A stretch of DNA of 64,000 bases, from NCBI GenBank assembly GCA_963797175.1, contig CAWCOL010000005.1:653100-717099 (forward strand), given 5' to 3'. The notes below the pieces were generated by a model. It was given only the letters and a program-made list of their open reading frames with translations, made no database searches and was not told the origin of the DNA. The stretch is from an uncultured Actinomycetes bacterium (GTDB taxonomy: Bacteria; Actinomycetota; Thermoleophilia; Gaiellales; JAICJC01). The position numbers and the translations under genes are program-made. Shown in pieces: positions 9,577 through 17,748 of the stretch (position 1 is its first letter; the number at the start of each line of letters is the position of its first letter).

Positions 9577-11108
9577 CGGCCGGTCCTCCGCGGCACGCGG
9601 ATGCGGGCCGGGCGGCGGACGCGGCCGACGACCAGCGGCGCCGCCACCAGCGCCACCAGCAGCAGCGCCGCAAGCAGTTGCGGGCTCGCCGACGTCGGGC
9701 TGAGGGATGCCATCTCGTGCAGCGCGGCGTCGAACGAGGCCTGGCGCGCGGTGGCGGACATCGGCGTCACGGTCACGCCGAGCGCGGCCGGGTCGGTCAG
9801 CGAGCCCGGGTTCGCCGCCGCCACGTGCTTGCCGCCCTGCGTCTTCGTGTGCGTCGTCCCCGTCGTGTTCGTTGTTCCGGTCGCCGTCGTGCCGCCCCCG
9901 CCCTGCGGGTTGGTGGTCGGGCCCTGCTGCGGCGAGCCGCCGGTGCCCTGGCCGGTGATGGTCGGGTTCGGGCAGGCCTGCGGCGTCAGCGGTGGCGGGT
10001 TGGGCGCGCCCGGGATCCGGCGCACGGCGTCGAACACGTCGCGCACCAGGTTGGGCGAGAGCGGCGAGTAGCCGAGCGGCGCCGCCTCCTGCTGGCCTGC
10101 GCAGGCGATGTAGATGATCCACTTGCCCAGCACCGCGCCCTTGGCCGGGTCGAGGCCGCTGGTGGGCGTGATCAGGTAGCTGTAGCTGGCCAGCGGATAG
10201 GCGTTCGCCTCGGGCGCGGCGTAGACGCCGCCCAGGTTCTGCGTCAGGTCGGGGTTCAGCGTGGCGTGGGTGAGCGCGACCGCGACGTTGGTGGACGTCG
10301 GCGCCGCATAGTGGCCGCTGGCGTTGCGGATGAACGCCGGCGTCAGCGAGTGCTCGTACACGTAGCCCGCCTCGACGTAGCCGATGCTGCCCAGCCCGAC
10401 GGACGGGTTGGAGATGTAGTTGGCCATGCCGTCGGAGCCGCGCACGGCGACCGAGTGCGGGATGTTGGGCCAGAACTGCACCGGCAGGGTGACGTGGTAC
10501 TGGCGGGCGAACGGGCCCCACGTGGAGGGCGCCAGATGGGCCAGGTAGTCGGCCAGCTTGGCCGAGGTGCCCGAGCCGTCGGAGCGGATGACGGGCGTGA
10601 ACCGCGTCCCGGCGGGGATCACCAGGTGCGGGTTGTCCGCCTTGATCGCGGGATCGTTCCAGCTCGTGACCTTGCCGGTGAAGATCTTCGCGAGCGTCGC
10701 GGCCGACAGCTGGAGGTTCGTCACCTGGTGGCCGCTGGCGTCCTTGAGGTTGTACATGATTGCCGTGCCGCCGGCGACGTCCGGCAGGTACTGGTAGGAG
10801 CGGTGCACCGAGTGCAGCTGCCGCACCTCGTCGGGCAGGAACGGGATCTCGGACGCGGCGAAGTCCACCTGGCCGATCACGTAGAACTGCCGGCCGGCGG
10901 TCGAACCGACGCCCTGGTAGTTGATGTTCAGCCCCTGCCGGGCGGCGTCGGCACGCCACTGGTCGAGCGCGATCTGCACCCACGTCGAGCCCGCGCCGGT
11001 GACGGTCGGCCCGGAAGCCTTCGCGGCCGCCGCCGGCAGCATCACCAGCACGACGGCGGTCGCGGCCGCGAACAGCACGCGGCACATGCGGCCCTTCCGT
11101 CGCGCCAT
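9573..11108 (-). CDS. PstS-family phosphate-binding protein paralog with Thr/Gly-rich linker and C-terminal membrane anchor
   Basis: ATG at 11108 shares one base with the pstB stop. Starts MARRKGRMCRVLFAAATAVVLVMLPAAAAKASG, then GAGSTWVQIALDQW...GVGSTAGR...SDGSGTS, which is typical of PstS. The C-terminus ends ...SASPQLLAALLLVALVAAPLVVGRVRRPARIRVPRRTGR. Confidence 0.85.
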   Translation of the reverse strand: MARRKGRMCRVLFAAATAVVLVMLPAAAAKASGPTVTGAGSTWVQIALDQWRADAARQGLNINYQGVGSTAGRQFYVIGQVDFAASEIPFLPDEVRQLHSVHRSYQYLPDVAGGTAIMYNLKDASGHQVTNLQLSAATLAKIFTGKVTSWNDPAIKADNPHLVIPAGTRFTPVIRSDGSGTSAKLADYLAHLAPSTWGPFARQYHVTLPVQFWPNIPHSVAVRGSDGMANYISNPSVGLGSIGYVEAGYVYEHSLTPAFIRNASGHYAAPTSTNVAVALTHATLNPDLTQNLGGVYAAPEANAYPLASYSYLITPTSGLDPAKGAVLGKWIIYIACAGQQEAAPLGYSPLSPNLVRDVFDAVRRIPGAPNPPPLTPQACPNPTITGQGTGGSPQQGPTTNPQGGGGTTATGTTNTTGTTHTKTQGGKHVAAANPGSLTDPAALGVTVTPMSATARQASFDAALHEMASLSPTSASPQLLAALLLVALVAAPLVVGRVRRPARIRVPRRTGR

Positions 11109-11932
11109 CAGCCGAACCGTCCGTGGACGTAGTCGGCGGTGCGCGGATCGTTGGGCCGCTCGAAGATCTGGGTGGTCTCGCCCGCCTCGACGATCCTGCC
11201 CGGCTCGTTCTCGGCTGCCAGGAAGAAGGCGCAGGACGACGAGACGCGCTGGGCCTGCTGCATGTTGTGCGTGACGATCACGATCGTCACCTCCGAGGCG
11301 AGGTCGAGCACGGTCTCCTCGATCCGCCGCGTCGAGGTCGGGTCGAGCGCGGAGCAGGGCTCGTCCATCAGCAGCACCTCGGGTCTCACGGCCAGCGCGC
11401 GGGCGATGCAGAGCCGCTGCTGCTGGCCACCGGAGAGCGCGCCGCCGGCGTTGCCCAGGCGGTTCTTGACTTCGTCCCAGAGACCGGCCTTGACCAGGCA
11501 CTCCTCGACCAGGTCGTCGGCCCGGCGCACGCGCTTGCCGGACAGGTTGAGTCCGGAGACGACGTTCTGGTAGATGCTCATCGCCGGGAACGGGTTCGGC
11601 TTCTGGAACACCATGCCGATCCGCTTGCGCACCTCGATCGGACGGCGCATGGGGTCGTAGATGTCGTCGCCGTCGAGGTAGACGGCGCCGGACAGCGCCG
11701 ACCCCGGCACCAGCTCGTGCATGCGGTTCAGGATCCGCAGGAAGGTGGACTTGCCGCAGCCGGAGGGGCCGATCAGCGCCGTCACCCGGTTGGCACGCAT
11801 CGGCACCGACACCCGCTCGAGCACCTTGTGCGACCCGAACCAGGCGCTGACGTCGCGGGCCATCAGGCCGCCGGCCACGGCGCCGTTCGGCGACACATGC
11901 GGCATCTCGAGGGTCTGTGCGGATGTGCTCAT
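11108..11932 (-). CDS. pstB: phosphate ABC transporter ATP-binding protein
   Basis: ATG at 11932 overlaps the pstA stop (ATGA). Walker A GPSGCGKST, signature LSGGQQQRLCIARAL, Walker B LLMDEPCSALD, and the C-terminal ...TADYVHGRFG typical of PstB. Confidence 0.95.
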   Translation of the reverse strand: MSTSAQTLEMPHVSPNGAVAGGLMARDVSAWFGSHKVLERVSVPMRANRVTALIGPSGCGKSTFLRILNRMHELVPGSALSGAVYLDGDDIYDPMRRPIEVRKRIGMVFQKPNPFPAMSIYQNVVSGLNLSGKRVRRADDLVEECLVKAGLWDEVKNRLGNAGGALSGGQQQRLCIARALAVRPEVLLMDEPCSALDPTSTRRIEETVLDLASEVTIVIVTHNMQQAQRVSSSCAFFLAAENEPGRIVEAGETTQIFERPNDPRTADYVHGRFG

Positions 11933-13011
11933 CGGGCTCTCCTCGCGAAGTGCCCGATCAGGCGGGCCATGGTGAACAGGGTCAGCACCATCACCATCAG
12001 CACCAGGCAGCCCGTCCAGGCGCGCGCCTGGACGTTGGCCGAGGAGCTCTCGGTGATCTGCTTGTAGATGAAGAGCGGCATCGCCGACTGGGCGCCGCTG
12101 AACGGGTTGGCGTTCATCAGCGACGAGCCGAACGCGGTGGCGATCAGGGGCGCGGTCTCGCCGATGGCCCGGGCGATGCCGAGGATGACGGAGGTGATCA
12201 GGCCGCTGCGGGCGGTCGGGAGCACCACGCTCCAGGTCGTCTTCCACTCGGTCGCGCCCAGCGCCAGCGATGCCTCGCGCAGCCCGTCGGGCACCAGCCG
12301 CAGCACCTCCTCGGAGGTGCGGGTGATGATCGGCAGCATCGAGATCGAGATCGCCAGCGACGCCGCGAAGCCCGACCAGCCGAACTCGCTGACCCAGACC
12401 GCGTAGACGAACAGGCCGGCGAGGATGGTGGGAACGCCGCTCATCGCGTCGACGAAGATCCGCACGGGGCGGCGCAGCGGCCCGCCGATCTCGTTCAGGA
12501 AGATGGCGCAGGCGAAGCCCAGCGGCAGCGACATGGCCACGGCCAGGGCCACCTGCTCAAGCGTCCCCACGATCGCCTGGGCGGCCCCGCCCGACGTGGC
12601 CGCCGAGAGCGGTCCGGTGAACTGCTGCGTCTCGGTGAAGAAGTGGAACGTGAGGGCGTGCACGCCCTTGCTGAAGACGTAGCCCAGGATCAGCACCAGC
12701 GGCACGACCATGGCCAGCGCCGCCGACGCGACGATCACGGTCATCGTCCGGTCGCCGGCCAGCACCGGGCCGTCCAACTCGCGGACGACGATCCAGTAGC
12801 AGCCGATGAAGGCGAGGTACCAGCAGACGGCGAACTCGGCGGGCGCCGAGAACGGCGCGACCTGGAAGATCAGCCAGATCAGCGCGAACGAGGACGCGGC
12901 GGCCCCGGCCAGCACGCCCGCGTCGCGCGTGTTGAAAGCGGCCGGGCGGACCGGCCGGTCATCCACCTGCGCGGGCGTGGCGATGGGCGCGTGCCCGGCG
13001 AGCGTGGCCAT
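11929..13011 (-). CDS. pstA: phosphate ABC transporter permease
   Basis: 360-aa ORF, polytopic. It has the EAS/ALGAT permease loop (LREASLALGATEWKTTWSVVLP) and sits between pstC and pstB. Confidence 0.9.
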   Translation of the reverse strand: MATLAGHAPIATPAQVDDRPVRPAAFNTRDAGVLAGAAASSFALIWLIFQVAPFSAPAEFAVCWYLAFIGCYWIVVRELDGPVLAGDRTMTVIVASAALAMVVPLVLILGYVFSKGVHALTFHFFTETQQFTGPLSAATSGGAAQAIVGTLEQVALAVAMSLPLGFACAIFLNEIGGPLRRPVRIFVDAMSGVPTILAGLFVYAVWVSEFGWSGFAASLAISISMLPIITRTSEEVLRLVPDGLREASLALGATEWKTTWSVVLPTARSGLITSVILGIARAIGETAPLIATAFGSSLMNANPFSGAQSAMPLFIYKQITESSSANVQARAWTGCLVLMVMVLTLFTMARLIGHFARRAR

Positions 13012-13994
13012 CAGATCTCGACTCCGGCGCCGGAGCGCGACCGGCGGACGATCAGGGACGCCGCCACGTTGACCAGCAGGGTGACGACGTAGAGCACGAG
13101 GCCGGCGCCCATCAGGGCGGGCAGGCCGTGCGCGTGGTCGGCGTCGCCGAAGCGGTTTGCGATGTGCGCTCCGATCGTGTTGCCGCCGGTCTCGAGGACG
13201 TGGACGGAGATGTTGAAGGACGCGCTGAGCACGATCGCGATCGAGATCGACTCGCCCATCGCCCGGCCCAGCGCGAGCATCGAGCCGCCGATGATGCCGC
13301 CGCGGCCGAACGGAATGACGACCGTGCGGATCATCCGCCAGCGGCTGCCGCCCAGCGCCAGCGCGGCCTCCTTCTCCCCCGGCGGCGTCTGGGAGAACAC
13401 CTCGCGCATGACGGCAGTGGCGGTGGGGGTCAGCATCAGCGCCACGAGCACGCCCACGATGAACGGCGACGCCGCCAGGTTCCCGCCCTTGGAGGTCGAG
13501 AACAGCGGCACCATGCCCAGGTTGGCGGACAGCCAGCCGGCCACGCCGAGCAGGTGCGGCTGGAGGAAGAAGAAGCCCCAGATGCCGTAGATCAGGCTGG
13601 GCACGGCGGCCAGCAGGTCGAGCACTGTCACCAGCGGGCCGCGCATGCGGGGCGAGACGTACTCGGTCAGACAGAGGGCGGTGAGCAGCGAGACGGGCAC
13701 CGCCAGGACGAGCGCGATCGTGGCGATCACCAGCGTGCCGTAGAGCAGGGCGGCGACGCCGGTCTGGCCGGGGACGGCCGGGTTCCAGCCCGTGCTCGTG
13801 AAGAAGGAGAGGCCGTTCTCACGGAAGGTGGGAAGGGCGCGCAGGAAGAGGAAGAGCCCGATGAGGAACAGCACCACCAGCGTCACCAGCCCCGCGCCGC
13901 TCGCCGTCAGGCGGTACACGCGATCGGTGCGTGTCCGCTGCGAGCGGATCTGGCGCGGCACGTCGGCCGTGACGATGTCTGTTGCTGCACTCAT
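13011..13994 (-). CDS. pstC: phosphate ABC transporter permease
   Basis: 327-aa ORF, polytopic. Motif EKEAALALGGSRWRMIRTVVIP. It lies immediately downstream of pstS. Confidence 0.9.
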   Translation of the reverse strand: MSAATDIVTADVPRQIRSQRTRTDRVYRLTASGAGLVTLVVLFLIGLFLFLRALPTFRENGLSFFTSTGWNPAVPGQTGVAALLYGTLVIATIALVLAVPVSLLTALCLTEYVSPRMRGPLVTVLDLLAAVPSLIYGIWGFFFLQPHLLGVAGWLSANLGMVPLFSTSKGGNLAASPFIVGVLVALMLTPTATAVMREVFSQTPPGEKEAALALGGSRWRMIRTVVIPFGRGGIIGGSMLALGRAMGESISIAIVLSASFNISVHVLETGGNTIGAHIANRFGDADHAHGLPALMGAGLVLYVVTLLVNVAASLIVRRSRSGAGVEI

Positions 13995-14023
13995 CGGGCT
14001 CTTGGCTCTCGATCAGCTACCGG

Positions 14024-15166
14024 TCAGGACTTTGCGAACCGGCAGTAGTTGGTGAAGGTCGAGCCGCCGCCCTGCGGTCCGCTCGGCAGCGGGGCGAACC
14101 CGTACTGGCGGATCGTGTTGGCGATCTCGGTGTGGTAGTCGACGCCCGTGGTCGGGTCGTCGGCGTGGGCCACCTTGCAGATCCAGCCGTTCGCGCCGAT
14201 GTACTGCGTGACCGGCTTGGCCGCCTTCTTGGCGGTGCCGCAGGTGGCGGCGCCGCAGAAGACGTTGTAGAGGAACCGCGAGAACGTGAACGAGCCGTCG
14301 GCGATGTGGGCCTCGGTGGGCGTCACGCCGTCGATCGAGTTGATCACGCTGCCGTCGGGGTTGCCGCCGGCGCCGTACCGCTCCGTCCAGGAGCCGACGG
14401 AGACGGGGACGATCGCGTTCTTGAGATCCGCCGCGGCGATCTCGTTGTTGGCGGTCTGGTCGATCAGCTTGACGCCGGGGCAGCTGGAGCTGCTTCCGCC
14501 GAGGAAGCCGTCGAAGGCCTTGCGGGTGCCGTAGATGCCCAGGATCGTGTAGATCTGGATCGGGCTGTTGGCGCCGCCGACCTGGTTCCAGTTGGTGATC
14601 GTGCAGTTGACGAAGATGCCCTGGAGCTGCGCCGTCGTCAGGTTGTGCACCGCGCTGGTGGCGGAGCCGGCCACGTTCGGGAAGGTCTCCCACGTGATGC
14701 CGTCACGCGCGTAGGCGAGGTAGTTGAGGCCGGTGCAGACGGTCGCATCCGGAGCCGAGGTCTGGCGGACGTAGTTGATCTTCGCCACGCCCGCGGTGTT
14801 CTGCGCGCAGAGCTGCTTGACGCCGGCACCGCCACCGATCGGGAACGCCTCGCTGACGCGATCGTGCGTGTAGTTCTCGGTGGTGATGTCGCCGGTCGCC
14901 GGGATGCAGTGGAAGTCGAGCGGCTGCGTGCCGGTCGAGACCGTGACGTTGCATCCCGGGCTCTCGTTGTACAGCTGGTCGAGCGCACTCGTGACGTGGA
15001 ACGAAACGTCCGAGCCGCTGCCCAGGATCGCCGTCGGCACGACCTTGGTCGCCGCATGCGCGGTCGACACGGCACCGGTCGCCGCGACGGCGAGTGCGAC
15101 CACGGCGAGGCCGGCGACCGCGAGGCGGCGGACGGCCTTGGACCGTGATCTGTTGGTGGTTTCCAT
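14024..15166 (-). CDS. pstS: phosphate ABC transporter substrate-binding protein
   Basis: In-frame ATG at 15166 within the 14024..15301 ORF (METTNRSRSKAVRRLAVAGLAVVALAVAATGAVSTAHA signal, then GSGSDVSFHV...). PBP fold, first gene of the pst operon. Confidence 0.9.
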   Translation of the reverse strand: METTNRSRSKAVRRLAVAGLAVVALAVAATGAVSTAHAATKVVPTAILGSGSDVSFHVTSALDQLYNESPGCNVTVSTGTQPLDFHCIPATGDITTENYTHDRVSEAFPIGGGAGVKQLCAQNTAGVAKINYVRQTSAPDATVCTGLNYLAYARDGITWETFPNVAGSATSAVHNLTTAQLQGIFVNCTITNWNQVGGANSPIQIYTILGIYGTRKAFDGFLGGSSSSCPGVKLIDQTANNEIAAADLKNAIVPVSVGSWTERYGAGGNPDGSVINSIDGVTPTEAHIADGSFTFSRFLYNVFCGAATCGTAKKAAKPVTQYIGANGWICKVAHADDPTTGVDYHTEIANTIRQYGFAPLPSGPQGGGSTFTNYCRFAKS

Positions 15167-15481
15167 GTGGTACGAGCCCCTTTCGGTGTTCTCGGTGATC
15201 TCACGGGGGGCACGCCGTGATGCTGCCTTGTGCCTCAGCATTCCCCCCTTTTCCCATTGAAGCAATGGAGATTGTGTACGAGCACCCCTCCCCCGCGTCA
15301 ACCGACAACCGACGCACCGGCCCCCGAGAGTGTTGCCGCAGCCGAAACCGCACCCTCTGCTCTCACCAAGCGGGGGCGTCGCGGGTGCCAGCGGAGGTCA
15401 TGTGGAGGGACGTATCCGTTAAGCCGCGTTCACGAAGTCCCTGGAAACACCCGACTTTGGGTCTTTACACCAGTTGTTCGG

Positions 15482-15509
15482 TTGACAAACTGGACATTGT
15501 CGATAGGCT
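15482..15509 (+). promoter_or_regulatory. candidate sigma-70-type promoter for the XRE regulator (near-leaderless transcript)
   Basis: TTGACA (15482-15487), a 16-nt spacer, then TAGGCT (15504-15509), with the ATG at 15521. This is a pattern match only. Confidence 0.3.
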
Positions 15510-15520
15510 GGGCTCCGGAC

Positions 15521-15832
15521 ATGGAGCAGCGCAACGGCCGCGAGGGCCATAACCACCGGAGCCCCGCGGGTGCGAATCTGCGCCACCTGATCGGCATGCA
15601 CGACCTGCGCCGCACCGAGCTCGCCGAGCAGATGGGGATCTCCCCCACCGGGCTGACCAACATCCTGAACGGCCGCTCCGAGCCGACGCTGCGCACCGCC
15701 GGCCGCGCCGCCGCCGCGTTCGGCATCTCGATCGACGACCTCTACGGCGAGCTGCCCCGCTGCCTGCGGGCCGCGTCCGTCGCCTTCGAGACGGCCCCGG
15801 TACGGGACATCCGCGCGCGCCGCACCGCGTAG
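15521..15832 (+). CDS. XRE-family helix-turn-helix transcriptional regulator
   Basis: ATG at 15521 in the frame of the 15230..15832 ORF. LRHLIGMHDLRRTELAEQMGISPTGLTNILNGRSEPTLRTAGRAAAAFGISIDDLY is a classic HTH_3/XRE domain. It is divergent from pstS. Confidence 0.8.
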   Translation: MEQRNGREGHNHRSPAGANLRHLIGMHDLRRTELAEQMGISPTGLTNILNGRSEPTLRTAGRAAAAFGISIDDLYGELPRCLRAASVAFETAPVRDIRARRTA

Positions 15833-15838
15833 GACGGC

Positions 15839-16060
15839 TCAGGTGAGCGAGGCGGCGCCGAGCAGCTCGGCGGCGTCGAGCCGGCGTGCGGCGTCCTCGC
15901 GGGACATGCCGGCCTCGCGCAGCCGCTCGTACAGCTCGACCAGATGCTCGACGTACTGGCCCGCCGTCATGCCGTTCAGCTCCGACCAGTAGCGGATCCG
16001 CGTCACGGCGTCGTCGCTCAGCCCGGTGAGGAGGATGGACGTCGGCATGCCGGTACTCAT
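15839..16060 (-). CDS. small hypothetical protein (73 aa)
   Basis: Tail of the 15839..17131 ORF from ATG 16060 (MSTGMPTSILLTGLSDDAVTRIRYWSELNGMTAGQYVEHLVELYERLREAG...). Codon usage looks coding. No family recognised. Confidence 0.45.
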   Translation of the reverse strand: MSTGMPTSILLTGLSDDAVTRIRYWSELNGMTAGQYVEHLVELYERLREAGMSREDAARRLDAAELLGAASLT

Positions 16061-16122
16061 ACCCAGACGGTGACGAAAGTACGTGTGGGTTGTCTTGAAG
16101 TCTCCTGTGAGGATGCTGTGGA

Positions 16123-16899
16123 TCAGCCGGGAAGCTCGCGGCGCTCGGCGCCGGCGTGCTCGCGGTTGGCCAGCGTGATCAGCACGTAGCCGATCGCGAT
16201 CAGGAAGATCACCGACTGCTCCGAGTTCATCGCGATCCCGCCCAGGTTCTGATCCTCGGCCGGCGACATGCCCGCCAGCCGCGGGGTGTGCGCGTAGTAG
16301 CTGTAGAACGGATGGGGGACGAACGTGAACGCGAGTCCGAGGAAGGACGCACCCACGAACGCGACCAGCAGGTAGGGCACCAGCACGGCCGGCGAGCGCG
16401 ACCACCACCGCGAGCGCACCACCGGCGCCCAGAACCAGAGGCCGGCGGCGAGCAGCACCAGGTGCTCGACGTTGAGCGCGATCGGGTGCTGGACGGCGTA
16501 CTCGTACACCGGCGCGAAGTGCACGCCGTACCAGGCGGCCAGCCAGAAGGCGAGCGCGGGCACGAGGTTCGTGCAGGCGCGCGGCACCAGCGGGACGGCA
16601 CGGTCGAGCGCCTCCCACATCGCCCCGTTCAGGCCGAGCATGAGCAGCGGCGGCGCGACGTCCGCCAGCAGCGCGTTCTGCACCAGGTGGGCGAGCAGCA
16701 GGTAGTGCACCGCCAGCGTCTCCAGCGGCGAGTTGACCGAGCCCGCGATCAGCACGATGCCGGCCGTGAACGAGGCGATCCGCAGCGGCCCGGGATGGTG
16801 GACGCGCGCCGCCCGGACGTAGGCGACCGCCGCCCCGGCGGCCAGCACCACGAACAGCGGCTCGAAGGTGAAGGACGCCGGATCCGGGGCGGAGCTCAC
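16123..16899 (-). CDS. cytochrome c oxidase assembly factor CtaG-like membrane protein
   Basis: GTG at 16899 in the frame of the 16123..19209 ORF. Polytopic. Motif HYLLLAHLVQNALLADVAPPLLMLGL, as in the Caa3_CtaG family. Confidence 0.75.
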   Translation of the reverse strand: MSSAPDPASFTFEPLFVVLAAGAAVAYVRAARVHHPGPLRIASFTAGIVLIAGSVNSPLETLAVHYLLLAHLVQNALLADVAPPLLMLGLNGAMWEALDRAVPLVPRACTNLVPALAFWLAAWYGVHFAPVYEYAVQHPIALNVEHLVLLAAGLWFWAPVVRSRWWSRSPAVLVPYLLVAFVGASFLGLAFTFVPHPFYSYYAHTPRLAGMSPAEDQNLGGIAMNSEQSVIFLIAIGYVLITLANREHAGAERRELPG

Positions 16900-16968
16900 G
16901 AGGCAGACCGGCCGGCGGCGGTACGCTCGGTCTGTGCACCTCCCGAACGCAACGGCGGCTCCCGGCTG

Positions 16969-17748
16969 ATGGTCGATCCCTGGCGCCTGTCGCCGGACTG
17001 GGAGTGGGCGCTCGCGATCGCCGTGTTCGCGCTCGACTACGTCCTGGTCGTCCGCCACCTCGACCGCACCGGCCGGACGGTGCCTGCGATCCGCCGCTGG
17101 GCGTTCGCCGCGGGGCTGGCGCTGCTCGCACTGGCGCTGCTCTCGCCGATCGAGCATCTCGCCCTCACCTCGATGCTCAGCTTCCACCTGCTCCAGAACG
17201 TGATCATCGCAGACTGGGCGCCGCCCCTGCTCCTGCTCGGGCTGAGCGCGCCGATGGTCGCCACCCTGCGCGGCCGGCGGCTCGTGCGCCGCTTGACGCG
17301 GCCCGAGGTCGCGCTGCCGCTGTGGCTGGTCACGTGGTATGCCGTCCACCTGCCGGTCGTGTACGACTACGCCCTGCGCCACCGGGCCGCACTGGGCGTC
17401 GAGCACCTGCTCTTCATCGTCACCGGGCTGCTGTTCTGGTGGCCGGACATCGTGCCCGGCGCGCTGTCCGCCCGGGGACGGGTGCTGTACCTGTTCATCG
17501 CGATGGTGGCGATGATGCCGCTCGACTTCGGCATCGCCCTGGTCGGGCACCCGCTGTACGACTTCTACCGCGAGACCCCCAAGCTCTGGGGTTGGAGCAC
17601 GATGACCGACCAGCGTGCGGCCGGCGCGATCGCGCTGATCGCCGAGACGACGGTGCTGACCGCGGCGATGCTGATCGCGGCGGCGGCGCTGGTGCGCGAG
17701 GACCGGCGGGCGGCGGCTGCCGCGGCCGGTCAGTCGTCGAGCGGCTGA
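16969..17748 (+). CDS. cytochrome c oxidase assembly factor CtaG-like membrane protein (paralog, divergent)
   Basis: ATG at 16969 in the frame of the 16156..17748 ORF. Motif LSFHLLQNVIIADWAPPLLLLGLSAP. Polytopic and about the same length (259 aa) as its divergent neighbour. Confidence 0.75.
   Translation: MVDPWRLSPDWEWALAIAVFALDYVLVVRHLDRTGRTVPAIRRWAFAAGLALLALALLSPIEHLALTSMLSFHLLQNVIIADWAPPLLLLGLSAPMVATLRGRRLVRRLTRPEVALPLWLVTWYAVHLPVVYDYALRHRAALGVEHLLFIVTGLLFWWPDIVPGALSARGRVLYLFIAMVAMMPLDFGIALVGHPLYDFYRETPKLWGWSTMTDQRAAGAIALIAETTVLTAAMLIAAAALVREDRRAAAAAAGQSSSG

Noticed and set aside
15167-15520. Pho box or PhoP-type operator upstream of pstS
   Set aside because: Only a 7-bp-period direct repeat (gtcggttgtcggttgac, read on the minus strand) and a lone GTTCAC were seen. 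Neither fits the 11-nt direct-repeat architecture known for actinobacterial PhoP sites, and I cannot score it without a matrix.
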